This document shows positions 19,250-29,370 of a DNA stretch of 64,000 nucleotides, piece after piece (the first letter of the stretch is position 1; each line of letters starts with the position of its first letter). The DNA comes from an uncultured delta proteobacterium (GTDB lineage: Bacteria; Myxococcota_A; Polyangia; Polyangiales; JAFGIB01). The notes beneath the pieces were generated by a model, which did no database searches, had not been told where the DNA came from, and worked only from the letters and a program-made list of their open reading frames with translations. The position numbers and the translations under genes are program-made. The stretch spans positions 224,001 to 288,000 of the forward strand of contig CAVZVA010000011.1 of NCBI GenBank assembly GCA_963778655.1, given 5' to 3'.

Positions 19250-20255
19250 GCTCGTGCTGGCGGCGATGCTGGCGTCGGCCACGCTGTACGCGGTGCTGGC
19301 CGGCGCCGACTTCGGCGCCGGCATGACCGAGGGCCTGATTGGCCCGGACGCGCGCACGCGCGTCGACGTCGCGCTGGCGCCGGTGTGGGAGGCCAATCAC
19401 GTCTGGCTGGTGTTGCTCGCGGTGCTCGCGTTCGTGGGCTTTCCGCCGCTGTACGCGCTGGTCTCGAGCTATCTGCACCTGCCGCTACTCGGCGCGCTGC
19501 TCGGCATCGTGGCCCGCGGCACGGCGTTCACCTTTCGCCACTACGATCCGCGGGCCGGCGCGCTGCGGCGCGGCTACACCCAGGTGTTTCGCATCGCCAG
19601 CGCGCTCACCCCGCTGTTTCTGGGCATCACGCTGGCCGCGATCGCGGGCGCGGACCTGGGCGCCGAGCCCAGCGCCGGCTTCTACGCCGTGTACGTGGCG
19701 CCCTGGAACACGGCCTTCGGCTGGGCCACCGGTGCCTTCGCCTGCGCGCTCTTCGCCTTCGAAGGGGTGGCCTTGCTGGCGGCCGAGAACGCGAGGCCGG
19801 GCGCGCCGCTGCCGTACCTCGGGCTGACCCGGCGCATGCACGCGCTGGCGATCGCGAGCGGCGCGCTGGTGCTGCTCGCCGCCTTCCGCGCGCACCTGCC
19901 GTGGCTGCAGCGTCTGCTGGGCTCGGCGGTCGCCGGCGGGGCACTGCTGGCGGCGACGCTCCTGATCGGCGTCAGCGCCTATGCCTTCCGCCGCGGGCGG
20001 CCGTGGCTGCTGCGGCTAGCGATCGGCGCTCAGACCTTCTGCGTGCTGCTCGGATTCGCAGCTGGGCAATTTCCGGTGCTGCTGCGGGTGCAGGGCGCGG
20101 ACATCCTCTACCGCGCCGCCGCCGCGCCGCCCCCGACGCTGCGCACGCTGCTATGGGCGCTGCTGTTCGGTCTGGTCGTGATCCTTCCGGGCACCGCGTA
20201 CCTGATCGCCGTGTACAAGACCGCGCCGCGCGCGGGCCGCCGTCAGGAGCCGTAG
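19242..20255 (+). CDS. cydB: cytochrome bd ubiquinol oxidase subunit II
   Basis: YAVLAGADFGAG, APVWEANHVWL, RGTAFTFR; overlaps cydA. Confidence 0.93.
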   Translation: MAELVLAAMLASATLYAVLAGADFGAGMTEGLIGPDARTRVDVALAPVWEANHVWLVLLAVLAFVGFPPLYALVSSYLHLPLLGALLGIVARGTAFTFRHYDPRAGALRRGYTQVFRIASALTPLFLGITLAAIAGADLGAEPSAGFYAVYVAPWNTAFGWATGAFACALFAFEGVALLAAENARPGAPLPYLGLTRRMHALAIASGALVLLAAFRAHLPWLQRLLGSAVAGGALLAATLLIGVSAYAFRRGRPWLLRLAIGAQTFCVLLGFAAGQFPVLLRVQGADILYRAAAAPPPTLRTLLWALLFGLVVILPGTAYLIAVYKTAPRAGRRQEP

Positions 20256-20296
20256 TGGGTGCTTGCCGCTGTGTGCCGCGTGCCTACGTGGCGGCC

Positions 20297-22096
20297 ATGA
20301 CGGCGCTCGACCAGCTCATCCCCAAACCCGGCTTGACCGAGATCGATCGCATCGACGTGGCCGCGCCGGCCCAGCGCGTGTGGGAGCGCGTGCGCCACGG
20401 CGACCTCGGCCAAGCGCCGGCCAGCCGCGCGCTGTTCGCGCTGCGCGCGCTGCCGAGCCGCCTCGCGGGTGACCACGCGGACTTGCGCCTGCGCATCGAC
20501 GCGCTGCGCTCGAGCCCGGAGCAGCCGGGCTTCCAGATCCTGCGCGACGCGCCCCCGCGCGAGGTCGCGGTCGGCGCCATCGGCAAGGTCTGGCAGCGCG
20601 TGATCCCCTTCGTGCATGTGGCCGACGCGGAGGCGTACGCGGCGTTCGCCGAGCCGGGCTTCATCAAGGTGGCGTGGGCGCTGCGCGTGCTGCCGCTCGG
20701 AGAGCAGACCGCGCGCATCGAATTCGAGGTGCGCGTGGCCGCCACCGACGAGGCCGCGTGGCCCAAGTTCCGCCGTTACTTTCGCGTGATCGGGCCGGGC
20801 TCGCACTTCATCCGGCACACGCTGCTGGGCGCGCTCGAGCGCGAGCTCGGCAGCCTCGAGACGCGCGAGCAGCAGGCCGCGCTCCCCGGCGACGAGCTGA
20901 TCCCGGATGCCGGCGCGCAGACCACGCACGGCATCACGATTGAGGCGCCGCCCGAGCGGGTCTGGCCGTGGCTGGCGCAGATGGGCTGCCGGCGCGGCGG
21001 CTTCTACAGCTTCGACCTGCTCGACAACGGCGGTCAGCCCAGCGCGCGCGAGGTCCACCCCGAGCTGCAGCGACTGGCGGTCGGCGACCTGATCCCGGCC
21101 ACGCCCAAGGGCGCGGACGGCTTCGAAGTGCTGCGCGTGGAGCCCCAGCACACGCTGGTGCTGGGCGGGCTCTACGACCGCAAGGCGCGGCGACAGCTCG
21201 CGTTCGGGGCACCGCGGCCGCCGCGCTACTGGCAGGTGAGCTGGGCGTTCGTGCTCGAGCCGCTCGGCGCGCACGCCACCCGGCTGTGCGTGCGCGGGCG
21301 CGTGGCGTTCCCACCCGACACACGGTTGCACGCGCTGTGGATGCGCGGCGTGCACCACGTGATGCAGAGCGCGCAGCTGCGGCACCTGGCCGCACGTGCG
21401 GAGGGGCGGCTGGAGCGCGACGACGCGCTCGACGTGCTCGAAGGACTGGCCGGCGCCGCGCGCATGGCACTGGCGCTCGGGACACCATTTCTGCGCGGCC
21501 GGCGCACGCAGCTGGGGCTGCAGCGCGAGCAGGCGCAGCGCGCGCTCGCCGGCGACGAGCTGATCAACGACCCGCGCTGGTCGTACACGCACGCGATCGA
21601 GATCGGCGCGCCGCCGAGCCAGGTCTGGCCCTGGATCGCCCAGATCGGCGCTGATCGCGGCGGCTTCTACAGCTACCAGTGGCTCGAGAACCTCGCCGGC
21701 TGCGGCGTGCGCAATGCCGAGACCATCCACCCCGAGTGGCAGCTGCGCGAGGGCGATGGCGTGGTGCTGCACCCGCGCGTCGCCCCGCTCTCGGTGGTGC
21801 GCCTGGTTCCCGGAAGCTACTTCGTGATGTACGCGGCCGCCGATCAGGCGGCGCGCGCCGCAGGCAAGCCCTGGAGCGCGGCGAGCTGGCTGCTGCTGCT
21901 CGAGCCGCTGGGCGAGCGGCGCTGCCGCCTGATCAGCCGCTATCGCTGCGCCTGCTCCGACGACCTGGCGACGCGGCTCTCGCTCGGTCCCGGCCTGCTC
22001 GAGCCGATCAGCTACGCGATGGACCGGCGCATGCTCAGCGGCGTCAAGCAGCGCGCCGAGCAGGCAGACGGGCTGCTGCGCCACGCCTCGGCGTGA
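20297..22096 (+). CDS. multi-domain SRPBCC/START-like protein with internal duplication
   Basis: Two similar units GDELI...I.APP..VWPW.AQ.G..RGGFYS plus an N-terminal related domain; start placed at ATG 20297. Confidence 0.65.
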   Translation: MTALDQLIPKPGLTEIDRIDVAAPAQRVWERVRHGDLGQAPASRALFALRALPSRLAGDHADLRLRIDALRSSPEQPGFQILRDAPPREVAVGAIGKVWQRVIPFVHVADAEAYAAFAEPGFIKVAWALRVLPLGEQTARIEFEVRVAATDEAAWPKFRRYFRVIGPGSHFIRHTLLGALERELGSLETREQQAALPGDELIPDAGAQTTHGITIEAPPERVWPWLAQMGCRRGGFYSFDLLDNGGQPSAREVHPELQRLAVGDLIPATPKGADGFEVLRVEPQHTLVLGGLYDRKARRQLAFGAPRPPRYWQVSWAFVLEPLGAHATRLCVRGRVAFPPDTRLHALWMRGVHHVMQSAQLRHLAARAEGRLERDDALDVLEGLAGAARMALALGTPFLRGRRTQLGLQREQAQRALAGDELINDPRWSYTHAIEIGAPPSQVWPWIAQIGADRGGFYSYQWLENLAGCGVRNAETIHPEWQLREGDGVVLHPRVAPLSVVRLVPGSYFVMYAAADQAARAAGKPWSAASWLLLLEPLGERRCRLISRYRCACSDDLATRLSLGPGLLEPISYAMDRRMLSGVKQRAEQADGLLRHASA

Positions 22097-22175
22097 CGCG
22101 CCGACGCCACGGTTGATTCGCGCGCCATCGCTGGTAGAGTCGGCGGTCTTGCGACGCCACAGGGGAGCATCGGAG

Positions 22176-22499
22176 ATGAGCAAGCTCGGCGACTACCTGG
22201 AAAAGCACAAGATCGACCCGCGGCGCGTGCTCGCCGCGTCAGCCCGGATCGAGGCCCTCAAGCCCGAGGACCGCGCCATCCGCCTTGCACGCAAGCGCGC
22301 CAAGAACGGCGACGAGGGCGCCAAGGAGCTGGCCGCAAAGAAGCGCCGCTCCGGACGTCCGGTCAGCCCGCCGACCCTGAACAGGGCGCTCGCTGGCGGT
22401 GCCCTGAACGGGCGCGCCCGCGCGCGCGTGGTGCGCGCGGTCAACGCGGTGCTCAGCCACAAGAGCAAGGGCGAAGCCAAGCTCAGCGACTTGTTCTGA
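22176..22499 (+). CDS. small basic hypothetical protein (107 aa)
   Basis: ATG 22176 after GGAG; Lys/Arg-rich; strong codon bias. Confidence 0.7.
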   Translation: MSKLGDYLEKHKIDPRRVLAASARIEALKPEDRAIRLARKRAKNGDEGAKELAAKKRRSGRPVSPPTLNRALAGGALNGRARARVVRAVNAVLSHKSKGEAKLSDLF

Positions 22500-22518
22500 G
22501 CCGCAGCCGGCGCCGCCC

Positions 22519-23580
22519 ATGGACTCCAGGCCACCGCTGGCGAACGCCGCGCGCTTCGGCACCGCGGCCGACCGGGTGGCGGTGGTGGTCAACGGCCGGG
22601 CCAAGCAGGTCACCGAGGAGCTGGTCGAGACGCTCGACCAGATCGTCCAGAGCGGCGACCTGTTCGTGTCGCGCAGCCTCGAGGAGGGCAAGGAGATCGC
22701 GCGCATCATCGTCGAGCGCGGCTATCCCACCGTGCTCACCGGCGGCGGAGACGGCACTTTCGTGCAGATGGTCTCTTGGATCGTGCCAGTCGCCGAGCAG
22801 CTCGGACGGCCGGTACCGCGCTTCGGGCTGCTCAAGCTCGGCACCGGCAACGCGATGGCGTGGGTGTTGGGCGCGCAGTACCGCCGCGGCCGCGGCGTGG
22901 TCGCCGATCTCGCGCGGCTGCGCAGCGAGGGCGGCAGTAGCACGCTGCGCCTGATCGAGGTCGAAGATATGCTGACGCCGTTCGGCGGGCTGGGCGCCGA
23001 CGCGATCGCGCTCGAGCACCACCGCGCGACCAAGCAGCTGTTCGAGCGCGCGCGGCTGCCGCGCCTGCTGGCGAGCGGAGCGGTAACCTACGCGGTCTCG
23101 CTGATGGGGCGCTCGGTGCCGCGCTTCTTGCTGGCGCCGATGCCGGAGTTTCGCGTGATCAACGAGGGCGAGACGGCGATCGTGCTGGGCCAGGACGGCC
23201 GCCCGGTCGGACGCGAGATCGGCGCCGGCGAGCTGCTGTACCAGGGACCTGCCACGATCATGGCCTTCAGCACCATCCCGTACTGGGGTTTCGGCGCGCG
23301 CGTGTTTCCCTATGCCGAGGAACGCCAGGACCGCTTCAATCTGCGCGTGGTGAGCTTCGGCTCGATCGAGGCGGTGACGCACGTGCGCTCGATCTGGCGC
23401 GGCAGCTACCATAGCGACCGGCTGCACGACTTCCTGGTCGAGCGCGTGCGCATCGAGTGCATGCGACCGACCCCGTTGCAGATCGGCGGCGACGTGGTCG
23501 GCATGCGCCGCGAGGTCACCGCCGTCCTCTCCAAGCGCCCGATCCGCGTGGTCGACTACTACGCCCCCCCGCCGGTGTGA
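22519..23580 (+). CDS. diacylglycerol kinase catalytic-domain family protein
   Basis: VVVNGRA, GGGDGT, LGTGNA, LQIGGD. Confidence 0.85.
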   Translation: MDSRPPLANAARFGTAADRVAVVVNGRAKQVTEELVETLDQIVQSGDLFVSRSLEEGKEIARIIVERGYPTVLTGGGDGTFVQMVSWIVPVAEQLGRPVPRFGLLKLGTGNAMAWVLGAQYRRGRGVVADLARLRSEGGSSTLRLIEVEDMLTPFGGLGADAIALEHHRATKQLFERARLPRLLASGAVTYAVSLMGRSVPRFLLAPMPEFRVINEGETAIVLGQDGRPVGREIGAGELLYQGPATIMAFSTIPYWGFGARVFPYAEERQDRFNLRVVSFGSIEAVTHVRSIWRGSYHSDRLHDFLVERVRIECMRPTPLQIGGDVVGMRREVTAVLSKRPIRVVDYYAPPPV

Positions 23581-23582
23581 TC

Positions 23583-24446
23583 TTAGGGAGCGAACTCGAC
23601 CTGGACCGCGTGGGGGATGATGCCGGCGGCGTGACCGCGGTCGAGCAGGGTCTGGATCGCCTGGCGGCCGGCCGGGCCGTAATCGAGGGTGTCGCGGTTG
23701 GCGTACATCGCCAGATAGCGGTCGAACAGCGCCCGCTCGCGCGGCACCCCCTCGCGCCGCTCGGCTGCCAGCAGCGCGTCGATCACGGTCTCGCGGTGCG
23801 CGAGCGCCCAGGCGATCGATTCGCGCAGCACCTGCGACACCAGAGCGATGCGCTCCGCCCCCAGCGAGCGCGCGATCGCGTTGCCCCCCAGCGGCAGCGG
23901 CAAGCCGGTCGAGGCCTGCCACGCCTCGCCCAGCTCGCACACCCGGTGCAGGCCCTCGCGCTCATAAAGCAGGCGGCCCTCGTGGATCAGCAGCACCGCC
24001 TCCACTTCGCCCTCGCGCAGGGCCTGGTAGGCCCGGCTAAAGGGGGCGACTGGCACGATCACCGGCTCGAACTGCGGCAGCAGCAGGCGCAACACGAGGT
24101 AGGCGGAGGTGCGAAGGCCGGGGACCCCAATCTTGCGATGGGCCAATCCGGCGAGCTCGCGCGGGCGATCGGCGACCAGCACCGGCCCATAGCCCGCGCC
24201 CACGCTGCCCCCGTGCGGCAGCAGCAGGTAGCGCTCGGCCAGGTACGCGTACTGGTGGATCGAGACCGCGGTCACCTCCGGCGCCGACCGCAGCTCGGCC
24301 CCGCGGTTGAGCGCCTCGGTGTCGGAGCGCGCGTGCTCGAATGTGAGCCCGTGCGTATCGATGTGCCCCTGCGCGAGCGCCCAGAACATGAACGCGTCGT
24401 CCGAGTCGGGGCTGTAGGCCAGCCGGATGACCTGCTCGTCCGCCAT
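23583..24446 (-). CDS. mqnD: MqnD-like menaquinone (futalosine pathway) protein
   Basis: LAYSPDSDDAFMF, GYGP, PGLRTSA, LIHEG, LPLPLGGN. Confidence 0.75.
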   Translation of the reverse strand: MADEQVIRLAYSPDSDDAFMFWALAQGHIDTHGLTFEHARSDTEALNRGAELRSAPEVTAVSIHQYAYLAERYLLLPHGGSVGAGYGPVLVADRPRELAGLAHRKIGVPGLRTSAYLVLRLLLPQFEPVIVPVAPFSRAYQALREGEVEAVLLIHEGRLLYEREGLHRVCELGEAWQASTGLPLPLGGNAIARSLGAERIALVSQVLRESIAWALAHRETVIDALLAAERREGVPRERALFDRYLAMYANRDTLDYGPAGRQAIQTLLDRGHAAGIIPHAVQVEFAP

Positions 24447-24550
24447 GGCTCTGGCCTGTAGCGCAAAAGCGTGGGTCCGGGCAACGTTGACCCCGGCGCG
24501 CCGGGTTCGATAGGCTGTCTGCTCCAGTGTCCGTCGAAATTCGAGGTCGT

Positions 24551-25246
24551 ATGAGCTTTGGCCGGGTGCCCGTGTTGCGGGCGACATTGCTGCTCGTCGC
24601 GGTGTGCCTGGCCGCTGCGTCGGCAGCCGCGCAGGTCTCCGGAAAGCTGGTGCTCGGGGCCTACAAGCCCGCGCCTCCGCCCGCCTCCAAACGGCCGGCC
24701 TACAACTGGGAGCTGGAAAACGGCTTCAAGGAGGTGCGGCCCGACCGCCTGGACGCGCGTCGAGAGCTGGCGGTGGTGTTGCTCGGCGAAGGCGAGGCCA
24801 AGGGGCTCGACCGCGTCGAGGTGACGTTCTCGGGCGGCGGGCTGATGCCCTCGACGATCGTGTGCCGCAGCGGGGCCACGCTGCTGGTACGTAACGACGA
24901 CGAGGTCGCGCACGAGCTGTTCGCCAAGGGCCTCGCCGACTTCACGGCCGAGGCGATCTCGCCGCGCGGCCGCCGCTCGGTCAGCCTCAAGTCGGCCGGC
25001 GCTTGGGCGCTCGCCGACAAGCTCTTTCCCCACGTAAAGGGCGAGCTGCTGGTGCTGCCCGACCTGCAAGCGGTGGCCAGCGTCGACGCCGAGGGGCAGT
25101 TCAGCTTCAAGGACGTGCCACCCGGCAAGTACGTGCTCAAGGTCTTCCACGGCGACAAGGAGCTCGCCGCCCAGCAGATCGAGCTGACCTCGCGCCCGCT
25201 CAGCGTGGACCCGATCGCGCTCACCCAGAGCCCCGAGACGAAGTAG
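24551..25246 (+). CDS. secreted protein with cupredoxin-like and carboxypeptidase-regulatory-like beta domains
   Basis: Signal peptide; RNDDEVAHEL; DAEGQFSFKDVPPGKYVLKVFH. Confidence 0.6.
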   Translation: MSFGRVPVLRATLLLVAVCLAAASAAAQVSGKLVLGAYKPAPPPASKRPAYNWELENGFKEVRPDRLDARRELAVVLLGEGEAKGLDRVEVTFSGGGLMPSTIVCRSGATLLVRNDDEVAHELFAKGLADFTAEAISPRGRRSVSLKSAGAWALADKLFPHVKGELLVLPDLQAVASVDAEGQFSFKDVPPGKYVLKVFHGDKELAAQQIELTSRPLSVDPIALTQSPETK

Positions 25247-25264
25247 GGCCTCACAGGTGCTTTG

Positions 25265-26971
25265 ATGCTGCTATCGCGCTTCTGGTACGTCTTTCTCGCG
25301 GTCGCGACCGCGGCTGCGGTGGCGGCAGCGCTGCTGGCGCAGGCCGTGATCAACGGGCGCTCCGACGAGGCGCTGGCCGAGACGCTGCAACGCGACCGCG
25401 TGATGGCCAACACCATGCTGCGGATGGAGGCGCGCTCGCGGCTGGACCGCATCGCCTTCATCACCGTCGACCCGAAGCTCGGCGGCCTGCTGCAAAAGGC
25501 CCAGGGCGTCACCGACGAGAAGCGCCTGCACGAGCTCAACGGCGCGGTCAAGGAGGCGATGCGCGCCAACATCGCGCGCATCGTCGAGGCCGCTGGCGGC
25601 GGCGAGGCCGGCGAGCAGAAGGGCGGCGAGCTCGAGCCCGACATCGCCTTCGCGCTGGACGCCGACGGACGCATCATCGGCCAGCTCGGCCCGCTCGAGG
25701 CCAACCCGCCCGGCGCGAGCCTGGCCACCTTTCCGCTGGTCAAGCGCGCGCTGCAGGGCTACCTGCGCGACGACGTGTGGATCTACGACCGCCGCGTCTA
25801 CCGCATGGCGGCCAGGCCGGTGATGGCGGGCAGCGAGTACGCGGGTGCGATCGTACACGGCTACCGGCTTGAAAAGGGGCTGCCGCAGAAGCTCTCCGCC
25901 TATCTGGGGGGCGGCGCGAGCGTGGCCTTCTTCTACGGCACCGACGTGCTCGGCAGCTACGTGCCCAACGACGTGGCCGGGGCGCCGCAGCCGGGCGAGC
26001 TCGCGCCGGCGCTGCCCGCCCTGCTCGCGAATCCCAAGTTCGAGGCCGGCGAGGCCACCGAGCCGATCGCGCTGCAGGATGGCGGGCGCGCGGTGTGCGC
26101 GCCGATCGCGGGCAGCGCCGGAGCCGCCGGCGTGGGCTACGCGATCCTGCGCCCTCGCAAGCTGCTGAGCTCGCCGGAGCAGCTGTTCCAACAGGCTTCC
26201 CAGGACGACGTGAAGTCGCTGCCCATCGCCCTGCTGGCAGGCGGGGCGCTGCTGCTGGCCGCGGTGGGCTTGCTGTTCCTGTTCCTGGAGCGCGACCGCC
26301 ACCTCAAGGCCATGCTGGCCAAGACCGCTCAGATCTCCGCCGGCGAGCGCGACCGCCTGATCATCACCGAGTGGCGGGGCGCCTACCGCACGCTGGCCGA
26401 CCGCATCAACCAGGCGATCGACAAGGAGGTGGAGAAGACCGCCGAGCGCGCGCCGACCGCACGCAAGAAGGCCAACCTCGACGAGATCCTCGGCCCCACA
26501 CCCGAGGCCAACGCCACGCCCTTCTTCGGCTTCGCCAGCGAGGAGCTGGTGAGCGAGCCTCCGCCCGCCGCGGCCAAGCCGGCTCCGGCAGCCGCCAAGC
26601 CGCCGCCCCCGATCGCGCCCAAGCCGGCCGCGCCGCCTCCCCCGGCGCCACGCGCCCCTACGCCGGCTCCGGCGCCGCCGCCGGTTGCCACCAAGGCCGC
26701 CGCGCCCGCGACCACCCCGCCGGCGGCCGCCGTCGGCAACGGCGCCGGCTTCGACGAGGACGCGCATTTCCGCGAGGTCTACGAGCAATATGTGGCCGTG
26801 CGAAAGCAGTGCGGGGAGTCGACCGAGAGCCTCACCTTCGACAAGTTCGGGATGACGCTGCGCAAGACGCGCGACCAGATCGTGGAGAAGCAAGGCGTCA
26901 AGACGGTTCGCTTCAGCGTCCAGGTCAAAGAGGGCAAGGCCGCGCTGAAGGCCCAGCCGATCAAGCGCTGA
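25265..26971 (+). CDS. MXAN_5187-like membrane protein (TM, periplasmic Cache-like region, TM, Pro-rich linker, conserved C-terminal domain)
   Basis: C-terminus VYEQYVAVRKQCGE...FDKF...FSVQVKEGKAALKA resembles the myxobacterial MXAN_5187 C-terminal domain (from memory). Confidence 0.65.
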   Translation: MLLSRFWYVFLAVATAAAVAAALLAQAVINGRSDEALAETLQRDRVMANTMLRMEARSRLDRIAFITVDPKLGGLLQKAQGVTDEKRLHELNGAVKEAMRANIARIVEAAGGGEAGEQKGGELEPDIAFALDADGRIIGQLGPLEANPPGASLATFPLVKRALQGYLRDDVWIYDRRVYRMAARPVMAGSEYAGAIVHGYRLEKGLPQKLSAYLGGGASVAFFYGTDVLGSYVPNDVAGAPQPGELAPALPALLANPKFEAGEATEPIALQDGGRAVCAPIAGSAGAAGVGYAILRPRKLLSSPEQLFQQASQDDVKSLPIALLAGGALLLAAVGLLFLFLERDRHLKAMLAKTAQISAGERDRLIITEWRGAYRTLADRINQAIDKEVEKTAERAPTARKKANLDEILGPTPEANATPFFGFASEELVSEPPPAAAKPAPAAAKPPPPIAPKPAAPPPPAPRAPTPAPAPPPVATKAAAPATTPPAAAVGNGAGFDEDAHFREVYEQYVAVRKQCGESTESLTFDKFGMTLRKTRDQIVEKQGVKTVRFSVQVKEGKAALKAQPIKR

Positions 26972-27129
26972 AGCTCCAGCTCAGACACGCGTCCAGGTCG
27001 CTTCGCTCCGTGCAGCTCGGGCCGGGGCTCCGGGCGCGCTCGCCCCCGAACGCTTCTGAACGGGAGCTCGCCCTGGGTACGCGGGAGCTTGTGCCCTCGC
27101 CGCGGGCTTTGAGCTACCATCCCGCGCCC

Positions 27130-29370
27130 ATGGAGCAGGCCACCTCTCCCGCTGTGTCGGTCGTGTTGCCGACCTACAACGAGTCGGAGACGCTTCCGGT
27201 GATCGTGCCGCGCATCGTCGAGACGCTGCGCGGCAGCGGCTTCTCTTGCGAGGTCGTGATCGTCGACGACGACTCGCCGGACGGCAGCGCCGAGGTCGCC
27301 GAGCGACTCTCGCACGACTACCCGGTGCGCGTCATCCGGCGCAAGGACGAGCGCGGGCTGGCCACCGCAGTGCTCACCGGGTTCGCGCAGGCACTGGCGC
27401 CGGTGTGCATAGTGATGGACGCCGACGGCAGCCATCCGGTCTCGGTGTTGCCGGCGATGGCGCGGATGATCACCGACGATAAGGCCGACATCGTGGTCGG
27501 CAGCCGCAACATCGAGGGCGGTGGCTCGCACAATTGGCCGCTGTTCTCGCAGCTCAAGAGCAAGCTGGCCGCCTCGCTCAGCTTCGGCTTGACCAGCATG
27601 ACCGACCCGACCACCGGCTTGATGGCGGTGCGCAAGTCACTGCTGCCCGGCCTGAAGCTCGACCCGGTCGGCTGGAAGATCGTGCTCGAGATCGCGGTCA
27701 AGGCCGCGCCCGCACGCGTCGCCGAGGTTCCGATCATGTTCGAGGACCGCGAGCTCGGCGAGAGCAAGCAGAGCCTGCGGGTGTTCGCGCAGTACGTGCT
27801 GCACGTCGCCAAGCTGTATGCATTCCGCTATCCGGCGCTGTTCGAGCTGCTCAAGTTCTGCGCCGTCGGCGTGATCGGCCTGTGCGTGGACCTGGGCACC
27901 GTGATGGCGGTCAAAGAGCGCTACGGCCTGGACACGCGGGTGTGCGCGGTGTTCGGCTTCTCGGTCGCGGTCACCACCAACTACCTGCTCAACCGCTACT
28001 ACACCTTCGCCAAGGGTCGCGAGCTGCCGTTTCTGTTCAGCTACCTCACCTACGTCGGCGCGAACCTGCTCGGCCTGGGCGTGCGCATGGCGGTGGTCGA
28101 GACGCTGATGGTGGTGGCGCAGCTCGATCGCGGTCACGGCTACTTACTGAGCAATGCCGCCGGAATCGCGCTGGCGACGCTGTTCAACTTCGCCGGGGCC
28201 AAGTACTTTGCCTTCGATCCGGAGCGGCTCGCGTTTGGGCAGAAGGCCCGGCCCGAGGTCGATGAGGCGCTGGAGCCGCTGCCGGCACGGATTCGCAAGC
28301 TAGCGTGGTTGCTGCTGGGCGCCGGCGCGCTGTACGCGCTGTGGGCGGCGCGCGCCCAGCCGCAGCTAGCGCTGTGGTCATGGGCGACGATCGCCTTCAG
28401 CGGGCTGCTGCTGTGGGACCAATCGCAGCGCGCCGCCCTGTACACTGCCCTGCTGCTGGCCGGCTCCCCCGCCTTCCTGTCGCAGAGCCGGCGTGCGCCC
28501 GGGGAGATGCCGCTGATCGCACTCAGCGCGGCCGGCCTCTACCTCGCCACCAAGGGGGCGCGCGCGCGCCGGCTCGCGCTGTGCTTCGCCGGCGGCGCGC
28601 TGCTGGGGTTGGGCTCGCTGAGCCGGCTGTGGGTGACCATCCCCTACGCGCTCGGCACCTGCGGCTTCGTGCTGGTACAGACCACGCTGGCGCGCGCGAG
28701 AGAGCAGCAGCCGCTCGCCCTGCGCCGCAGCGTGCTCGCGGGACTGCTCGGCTTCGCCTCCGCGGCCGCCGCCCATCCGCTGCTGGGCACGCTGCTGCCC
28801 CAAAGCGGGCTGCCGCCCTGGCTCGGCCCGATCGGGCTCGACAGCCTGAGCGGGCGGGGCGACGGCGAGCCCTTGTGGTTCTACCCGGCCGTGCTGTACC
28901 GCGAGCACTTCTATCTGCTGCCGCTGATCCTGCTGGGGCTGCCCGCGCTGCTGCGGCGGACCCGCGTACACGCCGTGGTCGCGCTGGCGATGGCGTTCGG
29001 CGCCTGCATCGGCGTGATCGTGCTCTCGGTGCCGAGGGCGAAGGACCCGACCCACGTGCTTTCGGTCGTGCCCTTTCTCTACCTGCTGGCGGGCGCCAGC
29101 CTGGCGGAGCTCGAGACCGACGCGCCCAAGTACCGGCCGGCCAACCGCGCCACCGTACAGGCAGTGTCCGCGGTGACCCTGCTGAGCGTGGTTGCGGTGT
29201 GGCTGGCATGCCTGGTCGGCTCGACCAGCTTGCGCTTCGCACTGCTGTACAGCGCCGGGATGGTGGCGGCGGTCTCCGTGGGTGGCCTCTGGGTCGCGCG
29301 CCAGAAGCTCGTGCTTCCGCTGCTCGCCGGCTGCGCGCTGGCGTTCATCCTGTTCGCGGCGGGTTGCTGA
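27130..29370 (+). CDS. fusion of DPM1/GtrB-like GT2, GtrA flippase and polytopic GT-C-like membrane domain
   Basis: VVLPTYNE, VDDDSPDGS, MDADGSH, EVPIMFEDRELGESK; GtrA LKFCAVG..NYLLNRYYTF; then a multi-TM region. Confidence 0.8.
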   Translation: MEQATSPAVSVVLPTYNESETLPVIVPRIVETLRGSGFSCEVVIVDDDSPDGSAEVAERLSHDYPVRVIRRKDERGLATAVLTGFAQALAPVCIVMDADGSHPVSVLPAMARMITDDKADIVVGSRNIEGGGSHNWPLFSQLKSKLAASLSFGLTSMTDPTTGLMAVRKSLLPGLKLDPVGWKIVLEIAVKAAPARVAEVPIMFEDRELGESKQSLRVFAQYVLHVAKLYAFRYPALFELLKFCAVGVIGLCVDLGTVMAVKERYGLDTRVCAVFGFSVAVTTNYLLNRYYTFAKGRELPFLFSYLTYVGANLLGLGVRMAVVETLMVVAQLDRGHGYLLSNAAGIALATLFNFAGAKYFAFDPERLAFGQKARPEVDEALEPLPARIRKLAWLLLGAGALYALWAARAQPQLALWSWATIAFSGLLLWDQSQRAALYTALLLAGSPAFLSQSRRAPGEMPLIALSAAGLYLATKGARARRLALCFAGGALLGLGSLSRLWVTIPYALGTCGFVLVQTTLARAREQQPLALRRSVLAGLLGFASAAAAHPLLGTLLPQSGLPPWLGPIGLDSLSGRGDGEPLWFYPAVLYREHFYLLPLILLGLPALLRRTRVHAVVALAMAFGACIGVIVLSVPRAKDPTHVLSVVPFLYLLAGASLAELETDAPKYRPANRATVQAVSAVTLLSVVAVWLACLVGSTSLRFALLYSAGMVAAVSVGGLWVARQKLVLPLLAGCALAFILFAAGC

